A stretch of 64,000 bases of DNA from Candidatus Sumerlaeia bacterium (GCA_033764015.1 JANRJK010000055.1:1-64000), one strand, 5' to 3'. Shown: positions 36,659-48,137, counted from the first letter of the stretch. Translations and numbers: made by a program. Notes: generated from the letters alone by a model not told the origin.

Positions 36659-37486
36659 ATGGGTATCAAAGTCTACAAGCCCTACACGCCGGTGCGCCGC
36701 ACGCTCACCTCGCTCGACTACAGCGAGCTGACGAAGGTGCGCCCCTACAAGCCCCTGACGTTCCGCCTGAAGAAGAACTCGGGACACAACAACCAGGGCG
36801 TCATCACCTCCCGCTTCCGGGGCGGCGGCCACCGCCGCCTCTACCGCATGATCGACTTCAAGCGCCGCAAGGACGGGATCCCCGCGAAGGTCGCCACCCT
36901 CGAGTACGACCCCAACCGGACCGCCTTCATCGCGCTGCTCAACTACGCGGACGGCGAGAAGCGCTACATCATCGCCCCCAAGGGCCTCACCGTCGGCCAG
37001 ACGATCATGAACGGACCGGCCGCGGACGTGCGCGTGGGCAACTGCCTCCCGCTCTCCAACATCCCCGTGGGCCAGACGATCCACAACATCGAGATGAAGC
37101 CCGGCCGCGGCGGACAGCTCGTGCGCAGCGCCGGCCTCGGCGCCACGCTCGTCGCCCGCGAAGGCGCCTACGCCACCGTCCGCCTCCCGTCCGGTGAAAT
37201 GCGCCTGATCCCCACCGCCTGCCGCGCCACCATCGGCGAAGTCGGCAACTCGGACCACGCGAACGTCACGATCGGCAAGGCCGGACGCAGCCGCTGGGTC
37301 GGGCGCCGCCCGCACAACCGCGGCGTCGCCATGAACCCCGTCGACCACCCCATGGGCGGCGGCGAGGGCAAGACCTCCGGCGGACGTCCGAGCTGCTCGC
37401 CTTGGGGCAAGCCGGCGAAGGGCGGGAAGACCCGCTCGAAGCGCAACCCGTCGGACAAGTTCATCGTCAAGCGCCGCACCAAGTAA
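36659..37486 (+). CDS. rplB: 50S ribosomal protein L2
   Basis: EYDPNR and [17 protein letters not shown] motifs. Confidence 0.99.
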   Translation: MGIKVYKPYTPVRRTLTSLDYSELTKVRPYKPLTFRLKKNSGHNNQGVITSRFRGGGHRRLYRMIDFKRRKDGIPAKVATLEYDPNRTAFIALLNYADGEKRYIIAPKGLTVGQTIMNGPAADVRVGNCLPLSNIPVGQTIHNIEMKPGRGGQLVRSAGLGATLVAREGAYATVRLPSGEMRLIPTACRATIGEVGNSDHANVTIGKAGRSRWVGRRPHNRGVAMNPVDHPMGGGEGKTSGGRPSCSPWGKPAKGGKTRSKRNPSDKFIVKRRTK

Positions 37487-37535
37487 GCGCACCGGAAACC
37501 AGAGACCTTAGACCCAGACCAAGCGGACAACGAAC

Positions 37536-37817
37536 ATGGCAAGATCACTCAAAAAGGGACCCTTCGCGGACGCCCACCTCCTCGAGAAGGTCGAGAAGCT
37601 CAACGCTTCCGGCGAGAAGAAGATCATCAAGACCTGGTCCCGCCGCTCGACGGTCTTCCCCGACATGATCGGCCACACCTTCGCCGTCCACAACGGCAAG
37701 GGGTTCATCCCCGTCTTCGTCTCGGAGAACATGGTCGGCCACAAGCTCGGCGAGTTCGCCCCCACGCGCACCTTCAAGGCGCACGGCGGCAAGACCGCCA
37801 AGACGACGAAGAAGTAA
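37536..37817 (+). CDS. rpsS: 30S ribosomal protein S19
   Basis: [14 protein letters not shown] and [11 protein letters not shown] motifs. Confidence 0.99.
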   Translation: MARSLKKGPFADAHLLEKVEKLNASGEKKIIKTWSRRSTVFPDMIGHTFAVHNGKGFIPVFVSENMVGHKLGEFAPTRTFKAHGGKTAKTTKK

Positions 37818-37846
37818 GCACGGAACGGAAAGCGAGCACACCGACC

Positions 37847-38224
37847 ATGTCGAAGAAGCCCACGAAGCTCTACACGAACGACGGACGCGAGATCGTTGCC
37901 CGCTGCAAGGTGAGCAACGCCCAGACCTCCGCCCGCAAGATGGCGCTCGTCGCCGACCTGATCCGCGGCAAGTCGGTGGCGGAGGCGCTGGAGGTACTCA
38001 CCTTCACGCACCGCCCCTCCGCCCAGCCGATCGTCGAGAAGGCGCTCCGCAGCGCCATCGCCAACGCCGAGCGCAGCATCCCGAACCCGATGGAACTCCG
38101 CGTCGGAGAGATCATCGTCGAGGGCGGCACCATCATGTACCGCCGCTGCTACGCCCCCAAGGGCCGCCCCGTACCGATCCGCGTCCGCCGGAGCCACCTG
38201 CACTTGCACCTGACCGAAGCGTAA
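37847..38224 (+). CDS. rplV: 50S ribosomal protein L22
   Basis: [14 protein letters not shown] and SAIANA motifs; operon position. Confidence 0.95.
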   Translation: MSKKPTKLYTNDGREIVARCKVSNAQTSARKMALVADLIRGKSVAEALEVLTFTHRPSAQPIVEKALRSAIANAERSIPNPMELRVGEIIVEGGTIMYRRCYAPKGRPVPIRVRRSHLHLHLTEA

Positions 38225-38255
38225 ACGCGCTCACCGACCGTACCGGAGACCACCT

Positions 38256-38912
38256 GTGGGACAGAAAACGCATCCTTACGGCTTCCGCCTCGGATTCATC
38301 CGCGACTGGCAGTCGCGCTGGTTCTCGCCGAAGAACTACGCGGAGCTCCTCCACGAGGACCTGCGGATCCGGCGCTACATCAAGCAGCGCTTCCAGAAGG
38401 CGGGCGTGGCGAAGATCGAAATGGAGCGCGATAGCAAGCGCCTCAAGATCACGATCCACACCGCCCGCCCCGGCATCGTGATCGGCAAGAAGGGCGCCGA
38501 GATCGAAGACCTCCGGGCCAAGATCGGCACGATGACCGACAAGCAGATCATCGTGAATATCGAGGAGATCAAGCGCCCCGACACGGTCGCCCAGCTCGTC
38601 GCCGAGAACATCGCCGGACAGCTCGAGCGCCGCATCAGCTTCCGCCGCGCCATGAAGAAGACCGTCCAGGGCTGCATGAAGGCCGGCTGCCTCGGCATCA
38701 AGATCATGTGCGCAGGACGCCTCGGAGGCGCGGAAATGTCCCGCACCGAGTGGTACCGCGAAGGCCGCGTGCCCCTCCACACGCTCCGCGCGGACGTCGA
38801 GTACGGCTTCGCCGAAGCCGCCACCAAGTACGGCCGCATCGGCGTCAAGGTCCACATTTTCAAGGGCGAAATCTTCGACAAGGACAAGAAGCCCGCCAAG
38901 GCCACCGCCTAA
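38256..38912 (+). CDS. rpsC: 30S ribosomal protein S3
   Basis: [19 protein letters not shown] and [11 protein letters not shown] motifs. Confidence 0.99.
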   Translation: MGQKTHPYGFRLGFIRDWQSRWFSPKNYAELLHEDLRIRRYIKQRFQKAGVAKIEMERDSKRLKITIHTARPGIVIGKKGAEIEDLRAKIGTMTDKQIIVNIEEIKRPDTVAQLVAENIAGQLERRISFRRAMKKTVQGCMKAGCLGIKIMCAGRLGGAEMSRTEWYREGRVPLHTLRADVEYGFAEAATKYGRIGVKVHIFKGEIFDKDKKPAKATA

Positions 38913-38983
38913 GGGCGCCCCGCGCGGCATTCGCGCGGGCCCCCGGCGGAACCCACCACGGGTATTCCGAAGGATAACGAACC

Positions 38984-39430
38984 ATGCTGGCTCCCAAGCG
39001 CATCAAGCACCGCAAAGTCCAGAAGGGGAAGCGCCGCGGCAAGGCTTACCGCGGCAGCGACCTCACCTACGGCAAGTTCGGCATCCGCGCCGTCGAGTGC
39101 GGATGGGTCTCGAACCGCCAGATCGAGGCGGCCCGCGTCGCCATCTCGCGCCACATCAAGCGCGGCGGCAAGGTCTGGATCCGCATCTTCCCGGACAAGC
39201 CCCTCACCGTGAAGCCGGCGGAAACCCGCATGGGCAAGGGCAAGGGCAACCCCGAGCACTGGGTGGCGGTCGTCAAGCCGGGCCGCATCCTGTTCGAGCT
39301 CGACGGCGTCACCGAGGACCTCGCCCGCGGCGCCCTCGAACGCGCCATCCAGAAGCTCGCCGTCAAGGCGAAGTTCTTCAAGGCCGAAGAGGTCGCCACC
39401 GACGCCTCCTCCGCCACACCCGCCGCCTGA
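38984..39430 (+). CDS. rplP: 50S ribosomal protein L16
   Basis: QIEAAR, WIRIFPD and RMGKGKG motifs. Confidence 0.99.
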   Translation: MLAPKRIKHRKVQKGKRRGKAYRGSDLTYGKFGIRAVECGWVSNRQIEAARVAISRHIKRGGKVWIRIFPDKPLTVKPAETRMGKGKGNPEHWVAVVKPGRILFELDGVTEDLARGALERAIQKLAVKAKFFKAEEVATDASSATPAA

Positions 39431-39462
39431 CGGCCCGACGACGAACAAGGATAGCCACGATC

Positions 39463-39696
39463 ATGGCCGACAGCACGCCCATTAGCGCCAAGAAGCTCCG
39501 CGAGATGACGGACGACGAACTCCAGGTGGCCGCGGCGGAATTCCTCCGCTCCCAGTTCGAGTTCCGCATCAAGTCCGCCACCAACGACCTCGCACAGCCC
39601 CACCTCGTCCGCGTGAAGCGCCGCGACTACGCGCGCCTCATGACCATCCTCGGCGAACGCCGCCGCCAGAACGCCGCCGCCGCGGAGGCCAAGTGA
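39463..39696 (+). CDS. rpmC: 50S ribosomal protein L29
   Basis: LREMTDDEL...QFEFRI...[11 protein letters not shown] pattern; operon position. Confidence 0.92.
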   Translation: MADSTPISAKKLREMTDDELQVAAAEFLRSQFEFRIKSATNDLAQPHLVRVKRRDYARLMTILGERRRQNAAAAEAK

Positions 39697-39998
39697 GCAC
39701 CATGACCGAGCAGCAGAGCACCACCGCGCCCGCCGACCGCACCGGGACCAAGCGCCCCAAGACCCGCGTCGGCATCGTCACCAGCGCCAAGATGCAGAAG
39801 ACCATCGTCGTCTCCTTCGACCGTCTGGTGAAGCACCCGCTCTACAAGAAGTACATCCGGCGCACCAAGAAGTTCTACGCCCACGACGAAGCCAACGAGG
39901 CGCGCGAGGGCGACACGGTCGAGATCTCCGAAGTGACGCGTCCGCTCAGCCGCACCAAGCGCTGGAAGCTGGTCCGCGTCGTCGAGCGCGCCAAGTAA
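39693..39998 (+). CDS. rpsQ: 30S ribosomal protein S17
   Basis: [18 protein letters not shown] and RPLSRTKRW motifs. Confidence 0.98.
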   Translation: MSTMTEQQSTTAPADRTGTKRPKTRVGIVTSAKMQKTIVVSFDRLVKHPLYKKYIRRTKKFYAHDEANEAREGDTVEISEVTRPLSRTKRWKLVRVVERAK

Positions 39999-40059
39999 CC
40001 CTGAAGAACCCCGGCCCGCGCCCGCCGCGGCGACCGCAGAAGAGAACGAGGAAGTCGCC

Positions 40060-40428
40060 ATGATCCAGGAATACACGGTCCTCCAAGTCGCCGACAACTC
40101 CGGCGCCCGCAAGATCCGCTGCTTCAAGGTCCTCGGAGGCACCCGCCGCCGCTACGCCTCCATCGGCGACATCATCGTCGCCTCGGTGCGCGACGCGGAC
40201 CCCCAGGGCAACGTCAAGAAAGGCACGGTGGTGCGCGCCGTCGTCGTCCGAACCCGCAAGGAAGTCGGACGCGAGGACGGCAGCTACATCCGCTTCGACG
40301 ACAACGCCGCCGTCATCATCAACAAGGACCGCGAACCTGTCGGGACGCGCATCTTCGGCGCCGTCGGCCGCGAACTCCGCGCGAAGAAGTACATGAAGAT
40401 CATCTCCCTCGCACCGGAGGTCATGTGA
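40060..40428 (+). CDS. rplN: 50S ribosomal protein L14
   Basis: VADNSGA, FDDNAAV and SLAPEV motifs. Confidence 0.99.
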   Translation: MIQEYTVLQVADNSGARKIRCFKVLGGTRRRYASIGDIIVASVRDADPQGNVKKGTVVRAVVVRTRKEVGREDGSYIRFDDNAAVIINKDREPVGTRIFGAVGRELRAKKYMKIISLAPEVM

Positions 40429-40431
40429 GCC

Positions 40432-40785
40432 ATGGCAGCTAAGATCCGCAAAGGCGACCTGGTGCAGGTCATCTCCGGCCCGGGCAGCGGCCAGGACGGC
40501 CAGCCCGCGAAGCGCGGCCGCGTCCTCGAAGTCTTCCCCGACTCCGGCAAGGTCCTCGTCGAAGGCGTGAACGTCGTCACGAAGAACCGCCGCGAGGCGC
40601 GCAACAAGGCGGGCCAGGTCACCGGCGGCCGCACCACGCAGGAGGCGGCCATCCCCGCCAGCCGCGTGGCGCTCGTCGACCCCGCCACCGACAAGCCGAC
40701 CCGCGTCGGCTTCAACACGAACGAAAAGGGCGAAAAGGTACGTGTCGCCCGCACCAAGGGTACGGGAACCGTCCTCGACAACTGA
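40432..40785 (+). CDS. rplX: 50S ribosomal protein L24
   Basis: [17 protein letters not shown] and PTRVG motifs. Confidence 0.96.
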   Translation: MAAKIRKGDLVQVISGPGSGQDGQPAKRGRVLEVFPDSGKVLVEGVNVVTKNRREARNKAGQVTGGRTTQEAAIPASRVALVDPATDKPTRVGFNTNEKGEKVRVARTKGTGTVLDN

Positions 40786-40837
40786 CCGCCCCGAGGGGCG
40801 AAACCCCGCACCAGGAACAGGAAGGCAGAAGGTCACC

Positions 40838-41452
40838 ATGGCAACACCCCCGAAGAGCGCTCCCGAAGGCGGCCGCTACACCGACGCCCCGGTCCCCACG
40901 CTCGAGAACTACGTCCCGCGCCTGAAGGCGAAGTACCTCGCGGAAGTGCGCCCCGCGCTCCAGAAGAAGTTCGGCTACGCCAACGTGATGCAAATCCCCC
41001 GCATCGAGAAGGTCGTGGTCAACATGGGCGTCGGCGCCGCGACGCGCGACATCAAGGAGCTCGACTCCGCGGAGAAGGAACTCGCGATCGTCACCGGCCA
41101 GAAGCCGCGCACCACGCGCGCCAAGGTCTCCGTCGCCCAGTTCAAGGTCCGCGAAGGCATGCCCGTCGGCTGCTTCGTCACGCTGCGCGGCGACCGCATG
41201 TACGAGTTCCTCGACCGCCTGATCCACATCGCCCTGCCCCGCATCCGCGACTTCCGCGGCCTCCCGGGCAAGGCGTTCGACGGCCGCGGCAACCACTCCC
41301 TCGGCATCCGCGAGCACGCGATCTTCATCGAGCTCGACTACAACATGATCTCCCGCAACCGCGGCATGAACATCACCACCGTCACCACGGCCAAGACCGA
41401 CGCGGAGGCGAAGGAACTCCTCGCCCTGTTCGGAATGCCGTTCCGCAACTGA
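40838..41452 (+). CDS. rplE: 50S ribosomal protein L5
   Basis: [23 protein letters not shown] and FDGRGN motifs; short N-terminal extension. Confidence 0.98.
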   Translation: MATPPKSAPEGGRYTDAPVPTLENYVPRLKAKYLAEVRPALQKKFGYANVMQIPRIEKVVVNMGVGAATRDIKELDSAEKELAIVTGQKPRTTRAKVSVAQFKVREGMPVGCFVTLRGDRMYEFLDRLIHIALPRIRDFRGLPGKAFDGRGNHSLGIREHAIFIELDYNMISRNRGMNITTVTTAKTDAEAKELLALFGMPFRN

Positions 41453-41480
41453 CCGCCGAGAGAAAGGACCGTACACCCCC

Positions 41481-41666
41481 GTGGCTCGACTTAGTCTCCG
41501 CGTAAAGGCCCAGAAGACGCCGAAGTTCAAGGCGCGCAAGTACAACCGCTGCCCGCTGTGCGGCCGCTCCCGGGCCTTCCTGCGCCAGTTCAACATGTGC
41601 CGCTGCTGCTTCCGCAAGCTGGCCAACGAAGGCCAGGTGCCGGGCGTCCGCAAGGCCTCCTGGTGA
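41481..41666 (+). CDS. rpsN: 30S ribosomal protein S14, zinc-binding type Z
   Basis: RCPLCGR...MCRCCFR...PGVRKASW, 61 aa. Confidence 0.97.
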   Translation: MARLSLRVKAQKTPKFKARKYNRCPLCGRSRAFLRQFNMCRCCFRKLANEGQVPGVRKASW

Positions 41667-41709
41667 ACCGCGGCCGGCCGAACCGAGAATCGAGGACAAA
41701 GAGGCTCCC

Positions 41710-42105
41710 ATGACCGATCCAATCGCAGACATGCTCACCCGGATCCGGAACGCCAACTCCGCGGGCCACGACCATGTGGACATCCCCGCCTCGCGCGTGA
41801 AGGTTTCGATCGCCCGAATCCTCAAGGACGAGGGCTTCATCAAGTACTACAAGGTCATCCGCCAGAACGGCAAGTCGGGGCACATCCGAGTGTTCCTCAA
41901 GTACGGTCCGGCCAAGGAGCGCGTCATCGGCGGTCTCGACCGCGTGTCGAAGCCAGGGATGCGCCGCTACCTCAAGTCGACCGAGATCCCCCGCGTCATG
42001 GGTGGCCTCGGGATCACGATCCTCTCCACATCGGCGGGGATCATGACGGGCAACGAAGCCCGCCAGAAGCACGTCGGAGGCGAGATCCTCTGCACGGTTT
42101 ACTGA
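41710..42105 (+). CDS. rpsH: 30S ribosomal protein S8
   Basis: [19 protein letters not shown] and GGEILC motifs. Confidence 0.99.
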   Translation: MTDPIADMLTRIRNANSAGHDHVDIPASRVKVSIARILKDEGFIKYYKVIRQNGKSGHIRVFLKYGPAKERVIGGLDRVSKPGMRRYLKSTEIPRVMGGLGITILSTSAGIMTGNEARQKHVGGEILCTVY

Positions 42106-42160
42106 CCCGGCGCGCCCCAGCGGCGCCTCGCCGGGCGGACTCGCAGAATGGTGAACCACT

Positions 42161-42703
42161 ATGAGCCGCATTGGTAAAGTCCCCGTCCCCGTCCCCTCCG
42201 GCGTCCAGATCAGCATCGGAGCGGGCACCGTCTCGGCCAAGGGCCCCAAGGGCACCCTGGCCGTCGAGACGCTCGGCCATGTCGACGTCAAGCTCGAAGA
42301 GGGCAAGGTCCACGTCCGCCGCTACGACGACAGCCGCCGCAGCAAGGCCTTCCACGGCCTCTACCAGCGCCTGATCACCAACATCGTGAACGGCGTGGCG
42401 ACCGGCTTCAAGAAGGAACTGGAAATCCAGGGCATCGGCTACAAGGCAGCCCTGCAAGGCAAGGATACGATCGTCCTCAACGTGGGCCTCTCGCACCAAG
42501 TCGAGTTCAAGGTCCCCGCGGGCGTCCTCGTCCAGGTCCCGAAGCCGACCACGATCCTGCTCGAGAGCGCCGACAAGCAGCTCCTCGGGCAGACCGCCGC
42601 CAACCTCCGCGGGGTGCGCCCCCCGGAGCCCTACGGCGGCAAGGGCATCCGCTACGCAGGCGAGCGCGTTGTCCTCAAGGAAGGCAAGAAGTCCACCAAG
42701 TAA
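42161..42703 (+). CDS. rplF: 50S ribosomal protein L6
   Basis: MSRIGK, KGPKG and PEPYGGKGIRY motifs. Confidence 0.98.
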   Translation: MSRIGKVPVPVPSGVQISIGAGTVSAKGPKGTLAVETLGHVDVKLEEGKVHVRRYDDSRRSKAFHGLYQRLITNIVNGVATGFKKELEIQGIGYKAALQGKDTIVLNVGLSHQVEFKVPAGVLVQVPKPTTILLESADKQLLGQTAANLRGVRPPEPYGGKGIRYAGERVVLKEGKKSTK

Positions 42704-42724
42704 CCGCCCGAAGGCAGCAAGACG

Positions 42725-43096
42725 ATGAAACTCACCCGCAACGAAAGCATCCGGCGCCGCCACCTGCGCCTCCGCAACAAGATCGCCGGAACCCCCGAGC
42801 GGCCGCGCCTCTACGTCCGCCGCACGCTCAAGCACCTGCATGTGCAGGTGTTCGACGACAGCCTGGACCGCGGCTCCCGCACGCTCTTCTCCATCTCGAC
42901 CTACCAGCTCGAGGGCGCGGAGAAGGGCGGCCACTACGCCAACGTCAAGAGCGCGGCGGAGTTCGGCAAGAAGGCCGCCGCGGAGATCTCCTCCAAGGGC
43001 ATCTCCGCCGTCGTGTTCGACCGCGGCGGCTACAAGTACCACGGCGTCGTCAAGGCGCTCGCCGACGGGCTCCGCGAAGGCGGACTCCAGTTCTAA
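42725..43096 (+). CDS. rplR: 50S ribosomal protein L18
   Basis: GTPERPRL and [23 protein letters not shown] motifs. Confidence 0.98.
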   Translation: MKLTRNESIRRRHLRLRNKIAGTPERPRLYVRRTLKHLHVQVFDDSLDRGSRTLFSISTYQLEGAEKGGHYANVKSAAEFGKKAAAEISSKGISAVVFDRGGYKYHGVVKALADGLREGGLQF

Positions 43097-43145
43097 GCAC
43101 CCAACCCAAGAACAACGCAGCACGAGTCGAAAGGATATCCGCGAC

Positions 43146-43922
43146 GTGAGCGAACACCTCGATCCAAACATGGAACAGCCGGAACTCGAAGAGGGCTCCG
43201 CGGCGGATGGCGCGGACGCGGCCGTCGCCGTCGAAGACCTTCCCGGCGTGCGCGAGCACCTCGCGCCGATCGACCCGAGCCAGCTCGAACTCCGCGAAAC
43301 GACGATCTGCCTCAACCGCGTCGCCAAGGTCGTGAAGGGCGGGCGCAACTTCACGTTCGCCGCCTGCATGGTCGTCGGCGACGGGCGCGGACACGTCGGC
43401 GTCGGCTTCGGCAAGGCCAAGGAAGTCCCCGACGCGATCCAGAAGGCGATCTCCTCCGCCAAGAAGAACATGATCCGCGTCCCCATGGTGGGCCGCACGG
43501 TCCCCTACGAGGTCATGGGCCTCTTCGGAGCCTCGAAGGTCATGGTCAAGCCCGCCGCGGAAGGTACCGGCATCATCGCCGGACCCGCCGCCCGCGCGGT
43601 CCTCGAATACGCCGGCGTCCGCGACGTCCTCACCAAGAGCCTCGGCTCGGCCAACCAGATGAACGTGGCGAAGGCCACCCTCGAGGCGCTCCGCTCCATG
43701 GGCAACGCCGAGATCATCGTGCGCCGCCGCGGCAAGACGCTCGAAGAGGTCCTGGGGCAGAAGGGCGCCGAGCGCTACCGCGCCGGACGCCAGGAGGCCC
43801 TCCATATGAAGGCCGAGGTCCAGGCGCAGACGCAGCGCCAGGAGAAGACACGCCGCGGCACCTACACCGCCGGCGGACGCGACGACGACGAAGAGGAGTC
43901 GGGCGGCGCGCCCAAGGCTTGA
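43146..43922 (+). CDS. rpsE: 30S ribosomal protein S5 with N- and C-terminal extensions
   Basis: [18 protein letters not shown] and GTGIIAG motifs. Start is GTG 43146 or ATG 43170. Confidence 0.96.
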   Translation: MSEHLDPNMEQPELEEGSAADGADAAVAVEDLPGVREHLAPIDPSQLELRETTICLNRVAKVVKGGRNFTFAACMVVGDGRGHVGVGFGKAKEVPDAIQKAISSAKKNMIRVPMVGRTVPYEVMGLFGASKVMVKPAAEGTGIIAGPAARAVLEYAGVRDVLTKSLGSANQMNVAKATLEALRSMGNAEIIVRRRGKTLEEVLGQKGAERYRAGRQEALHMKAEVQAQTQRQEKTRRGTYTAGGRDDDEEESGGAPKA

Positions 43923-43985
43923 TCCACGAGCCCTGCCGCACGCCCTGCCCGATAGGCCCGATTCTCGTTTAAAAGGACACCCAAG

Positions 43986-44174
43986 ATGAGCGCCACGAAA
44001 CTTAGAGTCACCCTGAAGAAGAGCCTGATCTCGGAAATCGAGCCCAACCGGCGCACCGTCGAGGCGCTCGGCCTCCGCAAGATCAACCAGACCGTGGAGC
44101 ACGCCGACACACCGGCCATCCGAGGGATGATCCACAAGGTCGACTACATGGTGGAAGTCGAGGAAATCAACTGA
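43986..44174 (+). CDS. rpmD: 50S ribosomal protein L30
   Basis: VTLKKS, ALGLRKI and IRGMI motifs. Confidence 0.97.
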   Translation: MSATKLRVTLKKSLISEIEPNRRTVEALGLRKINQTVEHADTPAIRGMIHKVDYMVEVEEIN

Positions 44175-44647
44175 TGAAGATCCATGAGCTGCCCGGCGAT
44201 CCGGGACGCCAGCAGAAGCCGAAGCGCGTCGGCCGCGGCGAAGGTTCCGGCCACGGCAAGACCTCCGGCTACGGCCACAAGGGCTCCAAGGCCCGCTCCG
44301 GCCGCGGCAAGGGTTACGCGGGCGCCTTCGAAGGCGGCCAGGTGCCCCTCGCGCGCCGCCTCCCCAAGCGCGGCTTCAAGAACCCGTTCCGCACCGAGTA
44401 CGAGGTCGTCAACCTCTCGAGCCTCGAGAAGGCCTTCAGCGCCGGCGCGGACATCACACTCGAGGACCTCGCCAAGGCCCGCCTCGTCCGCCGCAACCTC
44501 GCGGTCAAGGTGCTCGGCAACGGCAAGCTCTCGAAGGCCCTCACGGTCCACGCGCACGCCTTCAGCGGCGCGGCCAAGGAGGCCATCGAGAAGGCCGGCG
44601 GCTCCTGCGTCACCGAAGGGGACGCCCCCTCCGCCGACGACAAGTGA
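44174..44647 (+). CDS. rplO: 50S ribosomal protein L15
   Basis: RVGRGEGSGHGKT and FEGGQVPLARRLPKRGF motifs. Confidence 0.98.
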   Translation: MKIHELPGDPGRQQKPKRVGRGEGSGHGKTSGYGHKGSKARSGRGKGYAGAFEGGQVPLARRLPKRGFKNPFRTEYEVVNLSSLEKAFSAGADITLEDLAKARLVRRNLAVKVLGNGKLSKALTVHAHAFSGAAKEAIEKAGGSCVTEGDAPSADDK

Positions 44648-44775
44648 CATGACGCGGCACGCCGCGGGGGCTTGACCGGGCGCCGCCGGGAGGAATCCAC
44701 TCCCGGCGTCCCCGGGGAGCCCCCGCGGCGGACCTCTTTCCACCCACCAACTCCGATTCCGCAGGGCCCCGCCGA

Positions 44776-46200
44776 ATGTTCGAGAGTATCAGGAACGCGT
44801 TCTCCATCCCGGACCTCCGCAAGAAGCTGCTGTTCACGCTGTGGATGCTGGTCTTCTACCGCGTCGGCGCCCACGTGCCCACGCCCTTCATCGACACCAC
44901 CGCGCTGAACGACTACTTCAACAACCTCGCGCAGACCGGCGCGGGGAACGTTTTCGGCTTCGTGGACATGTTCACCGGCGGCGCCTTCAGCCAGATGACG
45001 GTGATGGCGCTCGGCGTCATGCCGTACATCAGCGCGTCGATCATCATGCAGGTCATGAACCTGGTGATCCCGCAGCTCCAGAAGATGTCGAAGGAAGGCG
45101 AAGCGGGCCGGCGCAAGATCAACCAGGTCACCCGCTACGGCGCGACCGCCCTCGCCGCCTTCCAGTCCGCCGGCCTCGGCCTCTGGATGCTCAACGAGGG
45201 CCTCGTCGTCTCCTTCATGGCGAACAACCCCTTCCTCTTCCTCCTCACCACCGTGATCTCGCTCACGACCGGCTGCACGATCCTCATGTGGGTCGGCGAG
45301 CGCATTACGGACCGCGGCATCGGCAACGGCATGTCGATCCTGATCGCCGCGTCGATCGTCGTCCGCTACTTCACCGACGCCGCCATGGGCATCGGCCTCG
45401 TCCGCGCGGGCGAAAAGTCGGCCTTCATGCTCCTCATGATCGTCGCGCTCATGGTCGTCTCGACCATCGCCATCATCCTGGTGCAGGAGGGCGCCCGCAA
45501 GGTGCCGATCCAGCACGCGAAGCGCCAGGTCGGCGGCGGCAAGCGCGTCGAGATGGGCCAGATGAACTTCCTTCCGCTCAAGGTGAACACCGCGGGCGTG
45601 ATCCCCGTGATCTTCGCCAGCGCGCTCCTTTCGCTGCCCACGACGCTCTTTTCGTTCATCGGCGCCGGCGAGCAGGCCGGAGCGGGCTTCGCCGAGTGGT
45701 TCGCGATGCAGTCCCGGCACAACCTCTACAACTGGCTCGGCCTCGACGCGGGCGCCGCCTGGCGCCTCCTCACCGTGGTCAACCTGCACACGATCCTCTA
45801 CGTGGTCCTCACGATTTTCTTCTGCTTCTTCTACACCGCCGTGGTCTTCAACCCGCAGGAAGTGGCCGAGAACCTGAAGAAGGTCGGCGCCTACGTGCCA
45901 GGCTACCGCCCCGGCAAGGAGACCGCCGACTACATCGACTCGGTGATCTCGCGCATCACGCTGGTGGGCGCGGTCTTCCTCGTCGTGATCGCATTGATCC
46001 CGCAGGTGCTCTCGATCTCCTTCGGGGTCGCGTTCAACGTGGCGGAACTGACCGGCGGCACGGGCCTGATCATCGTGGTGAGCGTGGTGCTCGACACGAT
46101 GAAGCACATCGAGAGCCAGCTCCTCATGCGGCACTACGAAGGCTTCCGCATGAAGCGCGCGGGCGGCGGGGGCGGCGCGCGCCGGTGGTCGCAGCGCTAA
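44776..46200 (+). CDS. secY: Preprotein translocase subunit SecY
   Basis: ALGVMPYISASII, GIGNGMS, PLKVNTAGVIPVIFAS and GGTGLIIVV motifs. Confidence 0.99.
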   Translation: MFESIRNAFSIPDLRKKLLFTLWMLVFYRVGAHVPTPFIDTTALNDYFNNLAQTGAGNVFGFVDMFTGGAFSQMTVMALGVMPYISASIIMQVMNLVIPQLQKMSKEGEAGRRKINQVTRYGATALAAFQSAGLGLWMLNEGLVVSFMANNPFLFLLTTVISLTTGCTILMWVGERITDRGIGNGMSILIAASIVVRYFTDAAMGIGLVRAGEKSAFMLLMIVALMVVSTIAIILVQEGARKVPIQHAKRQVGGGKRVEMGQMNFLPLKVNTAGVIPVIFASALLSLPTTLFSFIGAGEQAGAGFAEWFAMQSRHNLYNWLGLDAGAAWRLLTVVNLHTILYVVLTIFFCFFYTAVVFNPQEVAENLKKVGAYVPGYRPGKETADYIDSVISRITLVGAVFLVVIALIPQVLSISFGVAFNVAELTGGTGLIIVVSVVLDTMKHIESQLLMRHYEGFRMKRAGGGGGARRWSQR

Positions 46201-46244
46201 CGCCATCCCCCGCGGCGCAGGAGGCCACGGTCGAGCACACGGCC

Positions 46245-46910
46245 ATGAACGTCATCCTCTTCGGCCCGCCCGGTTCCGGCAAGGGGACCCAGAGCAAGCT
46301 CCTCGTCGAGCGGGTGGGATTCACACACCTCTCGACCGGCGAGGCGCTCCGCAACGCGGTGGGCCAGCGCACGCGCCGCGGCCTCGAGGCCGAAGGCATC
46401 ATGGCCACCGGATCGCTCGTCCCCGACGCGCTCGTCACCGAAATCCTCGCGGACCTCATCGCGCACTACCGCCCCGACTCGGACTCGTTCCTCTTCGACG
46501 GCTACCCGCGCACGGTCTCGCAGGTCTCGCTCTTCGACGCACTCCTCAAGGAGTACCGCCTCGCGGAACCGAAGGTGGTGAACCTCTCGGTGCCGGAAGG
46601 GTACCTGGTGGCGCGGCTCAGCGGACGCTGGATGTGCACGCGCTGCAAGGCGACCTTCAACGTCCATTTCAAGCCCGTCGCCCAGGCCGGCGTCTGCGAC
46701 GCCTGCGGCGGGCAGCTCGTGCAGCGCCCCGACGACAAGCCGGAAACGGTCGTCGAGCGGCTCCGCGTGTACCGCGAGATGACCGCCCCGGTGTTCGACG
46801 AATACAAGCGGCGCGGCTGGATCGAAACGGTCGACGGCGTCGGCCGGCAGGAAACTGTGTACGGGCGCATTGTCGATGCGCTCGGCATCGCCACCCGGAA
46901 CCGGGGCTGA
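46245..46910 (+). CDS. adk: Adenylate kinase (Zn-lid type)
   Basis: GPPGSGKGTQ, DGYPR, CxxC...CxxC lid and QRPDD motifs. Confidence 0.96.
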   Translation: MNVILFGPPGSGKGTQSKLLVERVGFTHLSTGEALRNAVGQRTRRGLEAEGIMATGSLVPDALVTEILADLIAHYRPDSDSFLFDGYPRTVSQVSLFDALLKEYRLAEPKVVNLSVPEGYLVARLSGRWMCTRCKATFNVHFKPVAQAGVCDACGGQLVQRPDDKPETVVERLRVYREMTAPVFDEYKRRGWIETVDGVGRQETVYGRIVDALGIATRNRG

Positions 46911-46921
46911 GGGGGGCCGCG

Positions 46922-47746
46922 ATGGGACACACGGAAAGCCATCCGCTCTACCTGAAGAGCGAGGCCGAAATCGCGGTGATGCGCCGCGCCGGGCAGCTCC
47001 TCCAGGGCATCGTCCTCGAGGTCGCCGCGGCGGCGCGGCCGGGCGTCACCGGCCTCGAACTCGACAAGCTGGCCAAGTCGCGCATCAAGGAGGCCGGGGC
47101 CCGCCCCGCCTTCCTCAACCTCTACGGCTTCCCCGCCACGCTCTGCCTCTCGATCAACGAGCAGGTGGTGCACGGCATCCCCTCCGCCCGCCGGCTGGAG
47201 GAGGGCGACATCGCGTCGATCGACTGCGGCCTGGTCCTCGAGGGGTTCTTCGCCGACACCGCGTACACGGTGGGCGTGGGCCGGGTGGGGGAGGGCGCGG
47301 CGAACCTGATGCGCGCGACCCGCGAGTCGCTCTACAAGGGCATCGCGCAGAGCGTAGCGGGGAACCGCACCGGCGACATCGGCCGGGCGGTGGAGCAGCA
47401 CGTGAAGGCGCACGGCTACCACGTGACCGAGGACTACACGGGGCACGGGGTGGGCAGGCACCTGCACGAGGATCCGAAGATCTACAACGACGGCAAGCGG
47501 CGGGGCGAGCGGTTGCGCCCCGGGATGGTCTTCGCCATCGAGCCGATGATCAACATCGGCACCTCGAAGACGCGCGAACTGAAGGACGGCTGGACCGTGG
47601 TGACCGCGGACGGCTCGCTTTCGGCGCACTTCGAGCACACGGTGGCGGTCACGGAGAACGGGCCGGAGGTGCTGACACTGGCCGACGGCGAGGAACTGCC
47701 GGAGGAGCTGCTGGCGGTGCTGGCGGCGGTTCCGGGTCGTGGCTGA
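46922..47746 (+). CDS. map: Methionine aminopeptidase type I
   Basis: SINEQVVHGIP, DTA, GHGVG..LHE, AIEPM and SAHFEHT motifs. Confidence 0.97.
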   Translation: MGHTESHPLYLKSEAEIAVMRRAGQLLQGIVLEVAAAARPGVTGLELDKLAKSRIKEAGARPAFLNLYGFPATLCLSINEQVVHGIPSARRLEEGDIASIDCGLVLEGFFADTAYTVGVGRVGEGAANLMRATRESLYKGIAQSVAGNRTGDIGRAVEQHVKAHGYHVTEDYTGHGVGRHLHEDPKIYNDGKRRGERLRPGMVFAIEPMINIGTSKTRELKDGWTVVTADGSLSAHFEHTVAVTENGPEVLTLADGEELPEELLAVLAAVPGRG

Positions 47747-47812
47747 GGTCCTGATAAACGGTTTTATGCCCCTGCGGCGTGATCGTTTTTCTGTCGGCGT
47801 CGGCAACTTTGC

Positions 47813-47841
47813 TTGACACAGGGATGACACGGGATCGACCT
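47813..47841 (+). promoter_or_regulatory. Possible internal promoter upstream of infA
   Basis: Perfect TTGACA at 47813-47818 in an AT-richer gap; CGACCT 17 nt later is a weak -10. Confidence 0.35.
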
Positions 47842-47918
47842 TACCCCGCTTATTCGGCGGGCGGAGTCGCGTCCCGGAGCATCACGGAAAGGGACGCCGA
47901 GCGCGTTCGCGGGTTTTC

Positions 47919-48137
47919 ATGGCCAAGGAAAAAGGCATCGAGATCGAAGGGCAGGTCGTCGAAGCACTGCCGAACGCGATGTTCCGGGTGGAACTGAGCA
48001 ACGGCATGACGGTCCTGACGCATATCTCGGGGAAGATGCGGGTGCACTACATCCGCATCCTGCCCGGCGACAAGGTCACGGTGGAGCTTTCCCCCTACGA
48101 TCTGACCCGCGGACGGATCGTCTACCGCAACAAGTGA
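47919..48137 (+). CDS. infA: Translation initiation factor IF-1
   Basis: [15 protein letters not shown] and [12 protein letters not shown] motifs. Confidence 0.99.
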   Translation: MAKEKGIEIEGQVVEALPNAMFRVELSNGMTVLTHISGKMRVHYIRILPGDKVTVELSPYDLTRGRIVYRNK

